Assembly: GCA_965112735.1 (NCBI GenBank)
Contig: OZ218953.1
Coordinates: 62,001 to 126,000 of the forward strand
DNA from: Phaeosaccion multiseriatum
Lineage: Eukaryota > Protista > Ochrophyta, other classes
DNA: 64,000 nucleotides
Direction: 5' to 3'
Shown: piece after piece, positions 38,228 to 50,923 of the stretch
Numbering within the stretch: position 1 is the stretch's first letter
Layout: each line of letters begins with the position of its first letter
Program-made: the position numbers and the translations under genes
The notes under the pieces: generated by a model
What the model was told of the DNA's origin: nothing
What the model saw: the letters and a program-made list of their open reading frames with translations, nothing else
The model's database searches: none

Positions 38228-39413
38228 ACTTTTCTCTTCTTCCGTCCCTCTCCTGCGCTCCGTTTGCGCGGCAATGAAGGCCAGGTGGTTGAGTAGAATT
38301 TTCACCTTTTGTAGAGATTAATAGCGGCGAGATTGAATGGGTTGATGAAGAAAGAGTGAGATTGAATGGGTTGATGAAGAAAGAGTGGCTACGACAATCA
38401 CAGAGGAGGGAGGAGGGGCGTTCAGCGGCTTCGGAGAAGGAGAGGGCAGGCTCACCGTCTCCGTCTTTCCAGCACCGCTCTCTCCAGAAACGAGGATGCT
38501 CTGATTGCTGCCTCGCTCCCTGAGGCCTCTAAAGGCCGCCGCGGATATCTCAAACACGTGGGCAGGGAGGTCACGGCTGGCGACGGCCTCTGCGTAAGAC
38601 CTGCGCAGGTCATCGCTGTAGATGTCAAGCCACTGGAAAGGATTCACCGCTATACAAATGTCCCCCGTCTGGGGCAGTTGAGGAAGGGAGGAAGAAGGAG
38701 GAAAGGAGGGAAGGAGGAAGAGACAAGGAGAGAGGGAGAAAGAGACTGGGTTACTTTTTGCAGTAGCACAAAGATCTTACGTTGCCACTTGGGAGCGAAA
38801 GCAGTCTACAGGAGAGAGGGAAGGATGAAAGGAAGGGGGAAGGGAGGGAGGGAGGGAGCGAGGGAGGGAGGAAGGAAGGGAAGGAGCGAGGGAGAGAGGG
38901 CGGGAGGGAGGGAGGGAGGGAGAGAGGGAGGGAGGGAGGGAGGGAGGGGGGGAGGGGGGGGGGGATGAAGGATACTGACCCGAGTATACGGCATGTTGGC
39001 GAAGAATCTCGCTCGTAAGTTCCATAAGATAGCCGGCTCGTGGAGATAGCTGAGGGAGCACATGTCCTCGGTTCCACAAGGGGACAAGGTGTTCTGGTGG
39101 GGGGTCGGGGGGGGGGGGGGGCAGTCAGGGCGGTCGAGAGACAGAAAAGGTGTGCCAGGGGCGTTCATCTCTGGCGCTTGGGCCTCACCTGAAGCGGCAA
39201 GGAAGTCAGGCCAACGCTCGAAAAGGCCTCGTCTCGTAGGTCCACCTCCACCTCTCCGGCCTGCTCCGGCATGCACCTCCCATCCCCTCTCTCAACTCTG
39301 ACGCCAAATCGAAAACCATCGCCGAAGGACTTGGTCACGGTTCCTCTCGCCCAGGCGACAACCGGATCGGGAATAAAAACCTGCTGCCCCTTGAGCTCGC
39401 CCCCGTCTTGCAT
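31938..39413 (-). CDS. Myosin heavy chain with motor domain, IQ motifs, ER/K helix and C-terminal Tubby domain, multi-exon
   Basis: Motor motifs: [110 protein letters not shown]-like exons at ~35020-34630; charged helix; Tubby motifs [79 protein letters not shown] (TAA 31940-31938). Confidence 0.88.
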
Positions 39414-39612
39414 GATGAGGATGAGCTGCTCGGAAGCTCAATTATATGGTATATATCCACCCTCCCCTCGCCTACAATGTAAGTTGCAACGGTTTTGTCC
39501 GGCGGCAGGATTATCGCGGCAGGGCCGGTTGGTTCTCGCGCCAAATCCAGCGTTAAACACTTCCAATAAAGATTAAAAGACGAGAGAAGACAAGATATAA
39601 AGGAACAGCAAC

Positions 39613-40508
39613 ATGCCGTCGCACAAGTTAATTTATGTAAGAGGGAGACTGAAAGAAGAGGGAGTATAGAGGAGGAAGGAGGATGAGGGGGATAAAACGG
39701 GGCAAAATAATCTTTCGTCCCGCCTGTTCCTCTGCCTAAATACCTCCTGCCGCTGTTCCAACCCTAACCCTTCCTCTAACCTCCGTGCTCTTCCTTCCAT
39801 ACTTCCCGATCAATGGCATGGATCTAGCTACCCGCCCAACCCTAAGTCTAAAATTGCTTCTCGTGGCACCAGTTCCCTATCAATGGTAGGGGCCTACCCG
39901 TCCGCTTGTTGGCGCACGTGGCCGGTATTGAGCTGAAGAACGACATCGTCGGACCTGCCGACTTTGGCAAAGCCAGGACGACCTATCCGTACGGACAACT
40001 CCCCCTACTCGACGTGACAGCGGAGGACGGCACCACCACCCAGATCGCCCAGACCTCAACGATTCTTCGCTACATCGCCCGCAAGGCCGGATCCCCCACG
40101 TACCCTACGGACTTGGTTGCGGCCGCCAAGGTCGATGAGCTCTTGCAGGCTTTGGACGAACCTCTTGCAGGACTGTCAGCCACTTGTGGTGGAACGCACA
40201 TGAACGAAGAGGAAAAGAAGGCGGCCCGTGAGGCCATTTTGGCGGGGCCTTTCGCGAAGTGGATGCCGGCCATTGAGAAGCGCATCGCGTCCTATGGAGG
40301 GCCATACGCATGTGGAGAACAAGTAACGCTGGTCGACTTCAACATCGAGATGTTTATCCGCAACCTGCAGGATGGGACCATCGACCATGTCCCCGCGTCG
40401 ATCCTGGAGCCTTTCGAGAACATCCTCGCCTCCAACAAGGCCTTCCGAGCGGTGCCCGCCGTGGCCCAGTACCTGAAGGAGCTCGCAGACGCGACACGCA
40501 AGATCTGA
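39613..40508 (+). CDS. Glutathione S-transferase (sigma-like, Tyr-type), copy A
   Basis: Exon 1 39613-39636 (MPSHKLIY), GT-AG intron, exon 2 FPINGRG..RLL..PYGQLPLL..IAQT..ILRYIAR..GEQVTLVD (N-capping box). Confidence 0.9.
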
Positions 40509-40725
40509 TTCCACATGCGACTAAAGAGCGTTTTATAGATAGCAACTTACTCAATTAGGAAAAAAATGAGAAGAGATCAACATGGATACAGAGAGCGACG
40601 GACCTTCCCCCCAAAGGAAGGCATGTGTTGATGGGCTGCTGTTTGGGGCTCGTTGGTCTCCACTGTGGAGCGAGTATTGTAACGGTCGAGTTTGGCTCCA
40701 AGTGGACCAAAAGCCTAGGCCTAGG

Positions 40726-43700
40726 CTAGAGGGGACGCACGCCGCCCGGCCGTGCAGCTCTGGGCCCTGAGCTAGGGCCTCTCCCTCTGTGCGCCCCCCC
40801 CTCCTGGCGACTGCTCAGCACGTAGGACACTCGCGCAAGCGCGGGGGCTGCCCCGGACACGGAACTGAAGCCCAAACTGTCAGTACAGGAGGAGGCCGGG
40901 GGCGCCTCCTGAAACGCCCCCGGCCCAGCCTCCAGCAAGACGCCTCCCTGCCCGTGGCCCTGCCCCTGCCTGTATGCCTGCAAATGGACGCCGTTCTTGC
41001 TCTGCGCAGGGAGGGAGGAGAGCCACGTCTTGTCCGGCGGCGGCGTCTGCGTGGCGGTGGAGGCCTTCGAGGCCTTTGCACATGGCAGTGGATGCAGCGC
41101 GGCGGTCGCTGCCGTTCGTGCGTCCTCGTCTCCATCATCTTCCTCTTCGTCTTCGTCGTCGTCCTCCTTCTCCTCCTCCTCTCCCTCTTCGGCGTCCTCC
41201 TGCTCCTTCTCCTTCTTGCCCTTGCCCTTGCCTCCGTTGCTACAACTCTTTTGGTCCCTCACTCGTCGGAGGTCCTTCCCCCCCGGGCCGGCGAGCAGCC
41301 TGGCCTGCCCCTCCTGCCAGCGGCGCACCCCCCTGGCCAGCCTCGTGCACATCGCCCTCCTGAGCTTGGCCGCCCTCTGTATCCGCTCCAATGTGTGGTC
41401 CTGCCGCAGCATGTCCACAGCCTCAGCGGACGCCTCGTCTCCGCCCTCCTCTCCCCCCTCGGAGTCGTCGTCCTCCCCCTTGGGAGCTCCTTCCTCCTCT
41501 CCGACGTCCTGCCCGCTCCTCCCTCTCCGCCGTTCAAGGTCCTGACACCGCCCATCGCTGGTCCCTTTGGCGCCCTCTGACCTGCCTGTCCCGCCGCACG
41601 CTCCGTTCTCTCCATCTTGCCCCCCGCCCTCCCCCTCCCACAGTATCTGCGGTGCTCCCTGCCCCTTCCCCTGCTGACGTATGCCCAATACGCGCACGTT
41701 GGTCTGCTCGTCGCGCACCATGCTGAGCACCTCGCTCACGAGGCCCGCCACGAGCTTGTTCTTCCTCTGCGAGGCCTCCGTGAGCCTCCTCAGTCCCTCC
41801 CCCCTGGCCTGACATACCGCCCCCCTCCTGGCTGCCTCCCTGTGCAGCGCCGCCCGTGCCCTTCGCAGCTCTTCAACCGCGCGGCGCAGAGCCGCCAGGG
41901 ACTCAAAGGAGAGCGCGTCACGCCCTAGCAGCGCACTGGCACTCACACTGGACGTCATCTCCGACCCCGCGAGGGAGCAGTCACCCCCTGCCTCCCCTCC
42001 TTCCCCTGCGCTGGCCGCACCCCTTCCCCAGACACCCCCCCCTGTTGCTACCCCCTTCCGTGCCCCTGCCCATGCCATGTCCTCAGCGAGAGGGTCGGAC
42101 GACGCTCCCTCCCCCCCCGCGCTCTCCCCCTCTCCGCCTCCGCCGCCGTGCCTCCCCACCGCCGCCACCGCTGCCGCCTCAATCTCCTGTGCGAGGGCCT
42201 CCCCCAGTGCGGCGAGTGTAGAGGCCTCCCGAGTGGCGGAGGCCTCCGAGCGGCTCAGCTCCTCGCTCAGGCCCACGCTGGTCTGGCGGTAGTCCTGGAT
42301 GCGCTTGGTCAAGCTCTGCTCCAGCACATCGGAGATGCCGAGCTCGTGCCGTAGGAGGGCGTTCGATTCCGTGAGGCGCTCCACCTGCCGCATGAGGGAC
42401 ATGGCTTTCTTGCTCGTCTTTCCAACGGCAGCGTGCAGCTTGAGGTTGGCCTCGGCGGTCCGTTTGGTTGTGTTCATGAGCTCGCCCTGGGCAAAGGGGC
42501 CGACAGGAGGCGAATGACGGAAGGGGCGACAGGGAAGAGGGACAGCAAGGGCTTAGGAGGGAGAGGACCAAAGAGAGGATCAAATGCAAGTCAACACGAT
42601 GGGCGAGGAGGGCGAGGGGGGAGGAGGACGGGCACAGAGGGAAGGGGGAAGGGGGAAGGGGAGGGAGGAACGTCCACGAGAGAGCCCTCGTGGCCGGTCC
42701 GTGTCGGCAGCCAAAGCTTCAGCTCCTCCAGGCCCGTCTTCACGGAATTCCCCATATTATCCAGCGAGGGAAGCCTCCTCTGCATTCATTCTGTATCCCC
42801 TCCAGCCCCACCCACTACTCTCTCCCCCTCACCTCCTCCAGCGAGAGCATCTTCCTCTGCATATCCTCGAGGTTCTCCTCAAGCCTCTCCCGCAGCAGCG
42901 TCTTCTCCTTGACCTTCCTGCGCTGGTCTGCGAGCATCTCCTCGTGAAAGGCCGCCTCCCTCTTGGCCAGCAAGCTGGTGAGGCGTGCCGTTTCGGAGTC
43001 CACCTCGTGCTTGCGCTCCCCAATGTCCTTGTGCGCCTTGACCCACTCCTTCAGCTCCTGCCCGTCAGTCAGGGCAGTGGCCACAGGGAGAGACAGGCAA
43101 GACAGGACAGGGGGCTAAGTCAGCCTTGCAGCGGAGAGAGACAAGCATAACGAGAGTCACGGAGAGGGCCGCTCACGTATGACACGCCCCTGCCAGTGCC
43201 TTGGTCGGAATGATGCGGCCTCAGCCCCACGCACCTCTATGCGGGCCAGGAGGGGCTCGCTCTCGCGCTGCCGCCCCTCCTCCATCTCCTCCAGAACTTC
43301 TTCGTACATCTACCGCCACCACCAGGAGGGAGGGAGCACAAAAGGGGGCGGGTCGGGCACGTCAGAGGAGAGACACTTTTGGCGAGGAGGGAACACGAGG
43401 CCGGCTCAGGCATCGTCTCCCTCTCTTGTGCCCTCGACAGCCTCTACCCTCTTCCCCACTGACCTTGACCATCCTATCGGTATCTGTGGCCTCCGCCATG
43501 TCCTGCCTCTCCAGTTCGGAGATGACGTCGTAGTTGTCGTCCAGCTTCTTCTGCAGGTAGTAGTACACGTCGCCCTGGTCTGCCTTTTTGCCCTCCACGG
43601 CCTTCTCGAACAAGGCCGTTCTCTGGTTAATTTCCCGCACCGACGTCTCGGTCCTGTCCAAGTGTTCTTGCAGCTCCTCCTTGCTGCACGTTGTCAAGTC

Positions 43701-43883
43701 CACCCCCCTCCACTCCTCCTCCTCGTCGATTTCGTCGCCATCCTCCCCACCGTCTTCCTCGTCTCCCCCCCCCCGCCCCCTCCGCTCTCCCCGCAGCACG
43801 TCGTCCAGGTGCTTGTCTCGCTCTCGGGTCGCTCCCCTTCTCGGCCTCCAGAACTCCAGTTGAGGGTGCTCTGTGCATTCCAT
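40726..43883 (-). CDS. Coiled-coil protein, CFAP157-like, multi-exon
   Basis: DQGDVYYYLQKKLDDNYDVISELE, long coiled coils, KVKEKTLLRERL and LMNTTKRTAEANLKL..L.ESNALLRHELGIS..LEQSLTKR resemble CFAP157-family blocks. Confidence 0.6.
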
Positions 43884-44054
43884 GCTATCTAGTGTGTTTT
43901 TTGCGGGAAGGGCCGGGCCAAAAAGAAGAAAAAAATGTAACTGTATTCGGGTGCCATCTCAATGATCATCAATGTTCCTCACCTTCCCTCACAACAACAA
44001 AGACACACAGAGAATAAAAAATATCGACGAAGACAAGACAAAAGGAGCAGCACC

Positions 44055-44860
44055 ATGACTTCGCACAAGCTGACTTATGTAAGAGACAGGGAGACATATT
44101 GTGACAGCGAAGAGGAAGCACGGGGATGAAAACGGGACAAAATAATCATTCGTCCCGCCTGTTCCTCCGCCTGTCTCCTGCCGCCGTTCCCACCCTAACC
44201 CGATCCCTCAACCCCTTGCTCTTCCGCCTGTAGTTCCCTATCAATGGCAGGGGCCTCCCTGTCCGCCTTTTAGCCCATGTGGCTGGCCTGGAGCTGGAGA
44301 ACGACACCGTCGCATTTCAAGACTTCCCCGAGGCGAGGAAGAGCTACCCGTACGGACAACTCCCCCTACTCGACGTGACAGCGGAGGACGGCACCACCAC
44401 CCAGATCGCCCAGACCTCAACGATTCTTCGCTACATCGCCCGCAAGGCCGGATCCTCCACATACCCTGCGGACTTGGTTGAGGCGGCCAAGGTCGATGAG
44501 CTCTTGCAGGCTCTGGAGGAGCCTTTCGCGGGCCTCGGACAGACGTCGAGCTTGGGGGAAGAGGAAAAGAAGGCGGCCCGTGAGGCCATTTTGGCGGGGC
44601 CTTTCGCGAGGTGGATGCCGGCCATTGAGGAGCGCGTCGCGTCCTATGGAGGGCCCTATGCTTGTGGAGAACAAGTGACACTGGCAGATTTCAGCATCGA
44701 GATGTTTGTCCGAAACGTGGAGAGTGGGAACCTCGACCATATCCCCGCGTCGGTCCTGGAGCCTTTCGAGAACATCCTCGCCTCCAACAAGGCCTTCCGA
44801 GCGGTGCCCGCCGTGGCCCAGTACCTGAAGGAGCTTGCAGACGGGACACGCAAGATCTGA
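44055..44860 (+). CDS. Glutathione S-transferase (sigma-like), copy B
   Basis: Exon 1 44055-44078 (MTSHKLTY), intron to 44233, exon 2 highly similar to copy A. Confidence 0.9.
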
Positions 44861-46473
44861 TTCCACATGCGACTAAATAGCGTTGTATAGATAGCACCGT
44901 ATCTAGCGTTATAAATAGAAGATGTACCTATACAAGACAGGACATAGACAGCTTCTGCGGTGACCAGACCTCCCCCAAGGGAAAGGCGCCGCCGCAGTCC
45001 GACCCCGAGGGAGCATAGAGCCCCTGCCTCCGCATCCATCGCTCACTGCCTCTCCTCGTAGGCCCCTGTAGGCCCCTGTAGGCCCCTGCCATCGGAACTT
45101 GCGAGGGTACGCTTTGGGATCTGAAAACTGAGACTGAAACTGCGGCAGACTCATTAGCGATCCGGGCGCTCGAGGTCTAACACGGTGCAGCGTGAGTCCA
45201 TCTCCCCCTATCCTCCCCAGGGGCTGGAACCCGTCCAAACGTACGGAAGGCAACCCCTCAACCCCTTCCTCCACCGCTTGGGTCGAGCAGAGAGTCCAGC
45301 ACGTGCACGCGCACCACCCGTTGTTACCACGAGTGGGGAGGAGCGATGAGGGGGGGGCAACTCCTTCGCGCTGCACGAGCTGCATGCCCACCACCCACCT
45401 GTCCGATGCACAGCGGGACGGTCACATCGCCATCTGCGTCGCTCATCTCGTATTGATGCGCCAACTGCTGGGGTAAAGCAAGGCGCCAGGCACATTGGAA
45501 ACAAGCAAACATCCAGGCAGTATATGGATATTCTGACGCACACGGGTAAAGGGCAAAGCGCACCTAGCACTCTAAACTGACTGCCGCTTCCTTCCTTCCT
45601 TCCTTCCTTCCTTTTGGTAAGTCACATCGTCGCTCCTTAGTGCACAGACCTCACTCTGGTCCCTCACTCTGTTCCCTCACCCTCTTCCCTCGCCCTGTGT
45701 CGTCAATCTTCTTCAAGGTGTCCTTTTCCCCCCGCGATTACTGCAACTCGAGACCCCCAGAGTCATGGGTTTATGCCCAAACAGCCCGAAGTATGAGGAA
45801 GGGGCCAGGCTGTGCTTCTGCGCGTTGCTATCACTGTACTGCCTCCCAGCACGGTCGAGACAAATGTTATTGGCCTGGGAACGACTGCAGGGCGAGATTC
45901 GTCAGCGAAGGGCGAGGAATTGGGACCAAGGGCACAGGTATTTAGATTGCTCACAACTGGGAACAGAGGATGATAAGAGACAAGTTAGGTTTAGGCTGCG
46001 GTGCACAACCCTTCCCTTCATCCAGTCTGGAGTTGGGAGTCTCTGTTATGTTTTCTCTCTATCTCGGGCCAGAGCGTAGCCGAGACTAAGTACTGCCATA
46101 AGCCCAAACGCTATTGCTGAGTCTCTCATTGGAGAGTGTGTCAGAGGCACGAAGAGAAAGAGGAGAAAAGACGAGGAGGATATAGAATGGGGATAGAGGA
46201 GACAAGAGACAGGATAGAGCAGACAGGAGAGAGGAGGAGCAAGAAGAGAGGGAGAGGAGGGAGGAGAGACAGAAGAGAAAGAGGAGAGGGAGAGAAAGGG
46301 CGATCAATAATAAAAACAGGAGGGGACGAGAAAGTTTGAGGGAAAAGTAAAAAGTGAGCCAACAACTCGTCGCGGAAACTCTCTGCCGTTTCAGTTTGGT
46401 TGACGACTTTCGGCCGGCTTCAAAGGCAGGCACGATGCTGCCTCGGTAGCAAAGGAAGAAGCCGGGGTGCGTC

Positions 46474-48483
46474 ATGGAGGGGGGGGTGAGACGGAGGAGA
46501 CCAAGTGGAGACTTACTGCCAAGCGAGAACAAAAGTAGGAGTGGTAAGAGAAGTCTAATGACGAGCAGCAGCGTGGTGAAAAGGGGGCCGTCAGAAGCAG
46601 CAGCAGCAGCAGCAGCAGCAGCATCAGGCCCGGCTGCTCAGCCTCCTGTAGCGACAGCCATGCTGGCCTTCGGGGAGTCCCTCTCCCGGTCTTCCTCGAA
46701 CAAGACGCTGTCGGATAGAGGAGGAGCAGCTGCAAGAGGAGTAGGCCACAACAAGTCCATAGAAAGTTGCAGTGATGAAGAAGACCACACAGAGGTGGGG
46801 GGCTATCGGGAGGGTGACACGTATGAGCGGCAGCGGGGGGAAGAGGACACATGGTCGGGAGACATGTCAGAAGGAAGCTCTGGGGAGGGAGATGGTGGTG
46901 CCGACAGCTTGAGCGAGGAAGCCGAAATGTTCGATTCGGAAACTGGGCAGGCGGCAGACCGTACGCGTGCTGCTCCTCCAGGCTCTTTCCCCGAGCCTAG
47001 GCGGAAGGATGAGAATGGAGTGGGGCGGGGGACGAGCGGCAGACGGAGACGGGCCGGAGGTGGACAGCAGGCCTCCCTGCGTAGACAAAGAGACTCTTCG
47101 AGGGGATTCAAGCAGGGTAGAGGGCAGGACCAGCACGGATGGCAAGTAAAGAAGCGAGAGCAAGAGCGACAGAGCCTTCCTCGCCGTTTCGGCGTCCGGC
47201 GGAGACAGCGCTCCGTGGTCCGACCTGGGGCGGATACATCTCAGGAACAGGAGGAGGAGGAGGAGGAGGAGGAGCAGGAGGAGCAGGGGGAGGGGCAGCA
47301 GGAGGAGGAGGATCAAGATTACAAGCAAGAGGAGCGGGGGGAGGAGGAGGAGCAGGAGGAGCAGGAGGAGCAGGAGGAGCAGGAGGAGCAGGAGCAGGAG
47401 CAGGAGCAGGAGGAGGAGGAGGAGGAGGCGGCGGAGGAGGAGGAAAGGGAGGAGGAAGAGCAGGAAGAGCTGGAAGAGCAGGAAGAGGATGAGATGGAAG
47501 GGGGGGGTGTAGGGGGGAGGAGGCAATTTGCCTCCAACTCCTCCTCTTGCTCGTCGTCACGCAGCAGAAGTAGTAGCAGCAGGCAAGAGCTCCAGCGGCG
47601 AGAAGAAGAGCTTCAGGTGAGCGGTGTGGGTGTAGTTTTGTCGATGCTTGTGTATGTGTGTGTGTATGTATGCTGCAAAGAAAGGACACATTTCTCTTAG
47701 AGTGCTTGTCTGCCCCTCCGCCAGGCCACGCAGCGAGAGGTGCAGGCCCAGATGGAGGAGCTGCGGCAGATGCACAAGCGCTTCATGGGGGAGGCAAGGC
47801 AAGACAGCCTCACCAGCGACTGGGACCATCCGGCGGTGAATGGAGCCCTTGCCAGTGCTCCCCTCTTCGATGTCCCCTCCCCCTCGCCTGAGAGTTGCCC
47901 CGCTCCGTGCGAACAGAGCACGTACGCCAGTGCGAATAGCGTTAAGATTAGCGTGCCCAGGCTGCTGGCAGAAGGGGCCTTTCTTCGCAAAATCCCGTTC
48001 CACCAGGCGGGCCGACCAAAGCGCCGATGGTTCATGCTCAAGCCGCTGCAAGCGTTGGGCACAGACAGCAAGGGGCGTCTCGCGCGGCGGGCGGAGAGCA
48101 GCAATAGCAGAGCAGTAGCGAGCAAGGGGGGCGGGCAGCAGCAGCGGGAGCAGCAGCAGCATGTCCTCATGGAGGCTTCCATGCCCCTGACACTTCTGTG
48201 GCTTGACCCCGAGAGGAGCCTGCGCCGCAGCCCCCCGAGAGAACTCCCCTTGTCGGAGGTGTCGCAAGTGCTCGCGGGGCACAAGACGGCGGCCTTCTGG
48301 AAGCAGGCGGGGGCGGGCGGGGGGGCGGCCGTCCTTCCTCCTGCGGTGCTTTGCTTCAGCCTCGTGGCCGGGGAGCGCACGCTTGATCTTGCCGCCGACA
48401 GCGACTTGTCCAGCGCCACGTGGCTTGAGGCGCTGCGGGCCTTGGTGTCCTTCGAGCACACGGGTGAAATAGCGCGGCTCCAC

Positions 48484-48518
<35 letters not shown>

Positions 48519-50847
48519 GCGGCGACGGCAGCAGTTAGTGATACAGAAGCAGCAGTGCATCGGAAAGGTCCGTCCATCGAGCTCGGGGGGACTCCCAAAG
48601 GCCCGTCAGCAGCAGCAGCAGCAGCCCGAGGTGTGGCGCCAGCAGCTCTTCATGTCGGTCCGTCAGGGCTCCCTCCCCGCACTGCAGCGGCTGTTGGCCT
48701 CGGGCTGCCCCATCGACCTCATGGAAGCAGGCACTGGCGACACGGCCCTCCTCGCTGCCTGCCGCCAGGGACACGCCAAGCTTGTGCAGCTCTGCCTCGA
48801 GGCGGGGGCAAAGAACGACCCCCACCCACACTTCGGACAGACAGCGCTACAGGTGGCGGTGGCGGCCAATCAGCTCCACTGCACGCGCATCCTGCTCGAG
48901 ACGGCGGCACCCTCCAAGGCCGACGGTGTCATTGCCAACCACGAGGATCCCAACAAGGAGGCGCCCCTGCACACCGCCGCCAGGAAGGGCTACAGGGACA
49001 TTGTGGAGCTGCTGCTCAAGCACGGGGCCAACATGCACCTGCTCGACAAGCACGGACACACGTGCCTACACGCCGCCAGCAAGGCCGGTGAGTACGGCTG
49101 TGGAGAGGATTCAGTTTATATCTATTAGGAGGACAGCAACACTTACACTACACACGCACGTTTCTTGACCCCCCTCCTGTTGCCCAGGCCACCGCCCCAT
49201 CCTGGCCTTCCTGCTGGACGCGGGCGGCGACGTGTTGCTCGAGGAGGCGGACAACTTGGGCAACAGGCCCCTCCACCACGCCGTGAGGGCAGGCCACAGA
49301 GACGCAGCGCGCTTCCTTCTGGAGACCGCAGCCAAGCCCGACGCCGCCAACTACGAGGGGGATACTCCCTACTCGCTCGCCCTCAAGAGCAAGGCGTGTC
49401 AGGGGAGCGAGGGTCAGGCCATGCTCCAGGCCATGCTGCAGCTCATTCTCGAGTACGACCCTCATGCCGAGGCCAACGCGACCAAGGCAGCGCTAGCGGC
49501 CAGAGGTCAAGGGGGCGGCAGAAGGGGCAGCAGCGGCGGCGGCGGCGGGGGGGGCGAGGGGGGCGAGGGGGGCGGGGGGGGCAATAGCGGGGGGCTGCTC
49601 CTGCCCCGACCCAAACACGCTCCTTCACCGTGCGCGTCGCCGCTGAGCCGCAGCAGCAGCAGCAGCAGCGGGGGGGCGGCAAGCGCAAGTGGGGGGGCTG
49701 CACGCCTCGAGGGGCACGACGGGCGACAGTGGAGCACAACCAGGGACTTGGGCAGGGGCAGGGACAGAGACCACACGTCTCTTTCCATAGGCCTCAGAGG
49801 CCTCAGGGGCACTCCAACTGCTCCTCCCTGCTCGGGCGGTAGCGGGGGCAGCCACACCGCGCGCTCGTCCTCCTCCTCGTCCTCTTCCTCTTCCTCCTCC
49901 TCCTTCTTTTCCCCGCAGCAGGAACGGTATCAACAGCAGCAGCAGTTGGTGATACAGCAGCAGCAGCAGTCGAGTCTCTTTGACGGCCTCGATGTGTACG
50001 TGGTCGGGGGCCGGCAGCCCTTGGGCAGTGGCGGGGGGCAGGGCAGGGCAGCCAAGGGACGCGACCTCGCCCACGAGTACGACACCACTGACACCACGTG
50101 CTCGGCCACAGACAGTGGCAGCCTCACGGACAGAACGGACAGAACGGACAGCCTCACACCCGACGACAGCGACTCAAGGGCAAGGGGGGGCTTCTTCCAC
50201 TCCCTCCCTCTCCCCCTCCCCAGCGCCAGGGACCAGGCCAGAATGATGCACTTCCCCACCTACCCCACAGAGGAGTACCCCGCAGAGGAGGCAGGGAAGG
50301 GGGCGGTGTCGCCTGCCGGAGGAGGGGGACGAGTGGAGGCGTGGGGTAGCTCCAGCCTCGAGGGGCTCGAGCACGCCAAGCTGGAAACACAGGGCCCGCA
50401 CGAGGAGGAGGAGGAGGAGGAGGAGGAGGAGGAGGAGCCCCAGACCTTCCTTTGGCCCCGCCACGAAGGGGCAGAGCCCTCGCTGTGGTACATTTGCTTC
50501 GACGGAGAGGGCTACCCGTACTACCTGTGCTACCAACACGAGGGGCACGACTCACAGGTGGCGCACTCGCAGTGGGAGGACCCCAGGGAGGACCCCGACG
50601 AGTACGATGAACACGGCTATCGAAGGCACCGGGATAGCTCTCAGCAGATACAGCAGGGGGGGGGGAAGGAGGAGAAGGAGGAGGAGCAGGGGGAGGGGGG
50701 ATGGCGAGAGGGGGAGCAGGAGGAGCAAGAGGAGCAAGAGGAACAGGAAGCAAGCAGCAGTTTGAGGTTTACTCCGACGGCCGTGCCGATCGCCATCAAG
50801 GTCCACAAACTCGAAGTAGCGGCCCCTTGTAGCGGCGGTTCCACCGT

Positions 50848-50886
<39 letters not shown>

Positions 50887-50923
50887 GACCTCCAAGCCCC
50901 CGCCGCCGCATTGTAAGGCCTAA
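46474..50923 (+). CDS. PH-domain, ankyrin-repeat and WW-like domain protein with acidic low-complexity N-terminus, multi-exon
   Basis: PLC-type PH (GAFLRKIP..KRRWF..LSEVSQVLAGHKT..CFSLV..RTLDL..WLEALRAL); ankyrin repeats (GDTALLAAC, GQTALQVA, EAPLHTAARKG, GHTCLHAA, GNRPLHHAVRAG); WW-like WYICFDGEGYPYYL..SQWEDPR; introns from 47637 and ~49088. Start uncertain (46474 or 46558). Confidence 0.78.

Noticed and set aside
44900-46450. Possible gene or ncRNA in the gap after GST copy B
   Set aside because: No supported ORF or recognisable RNA structure.
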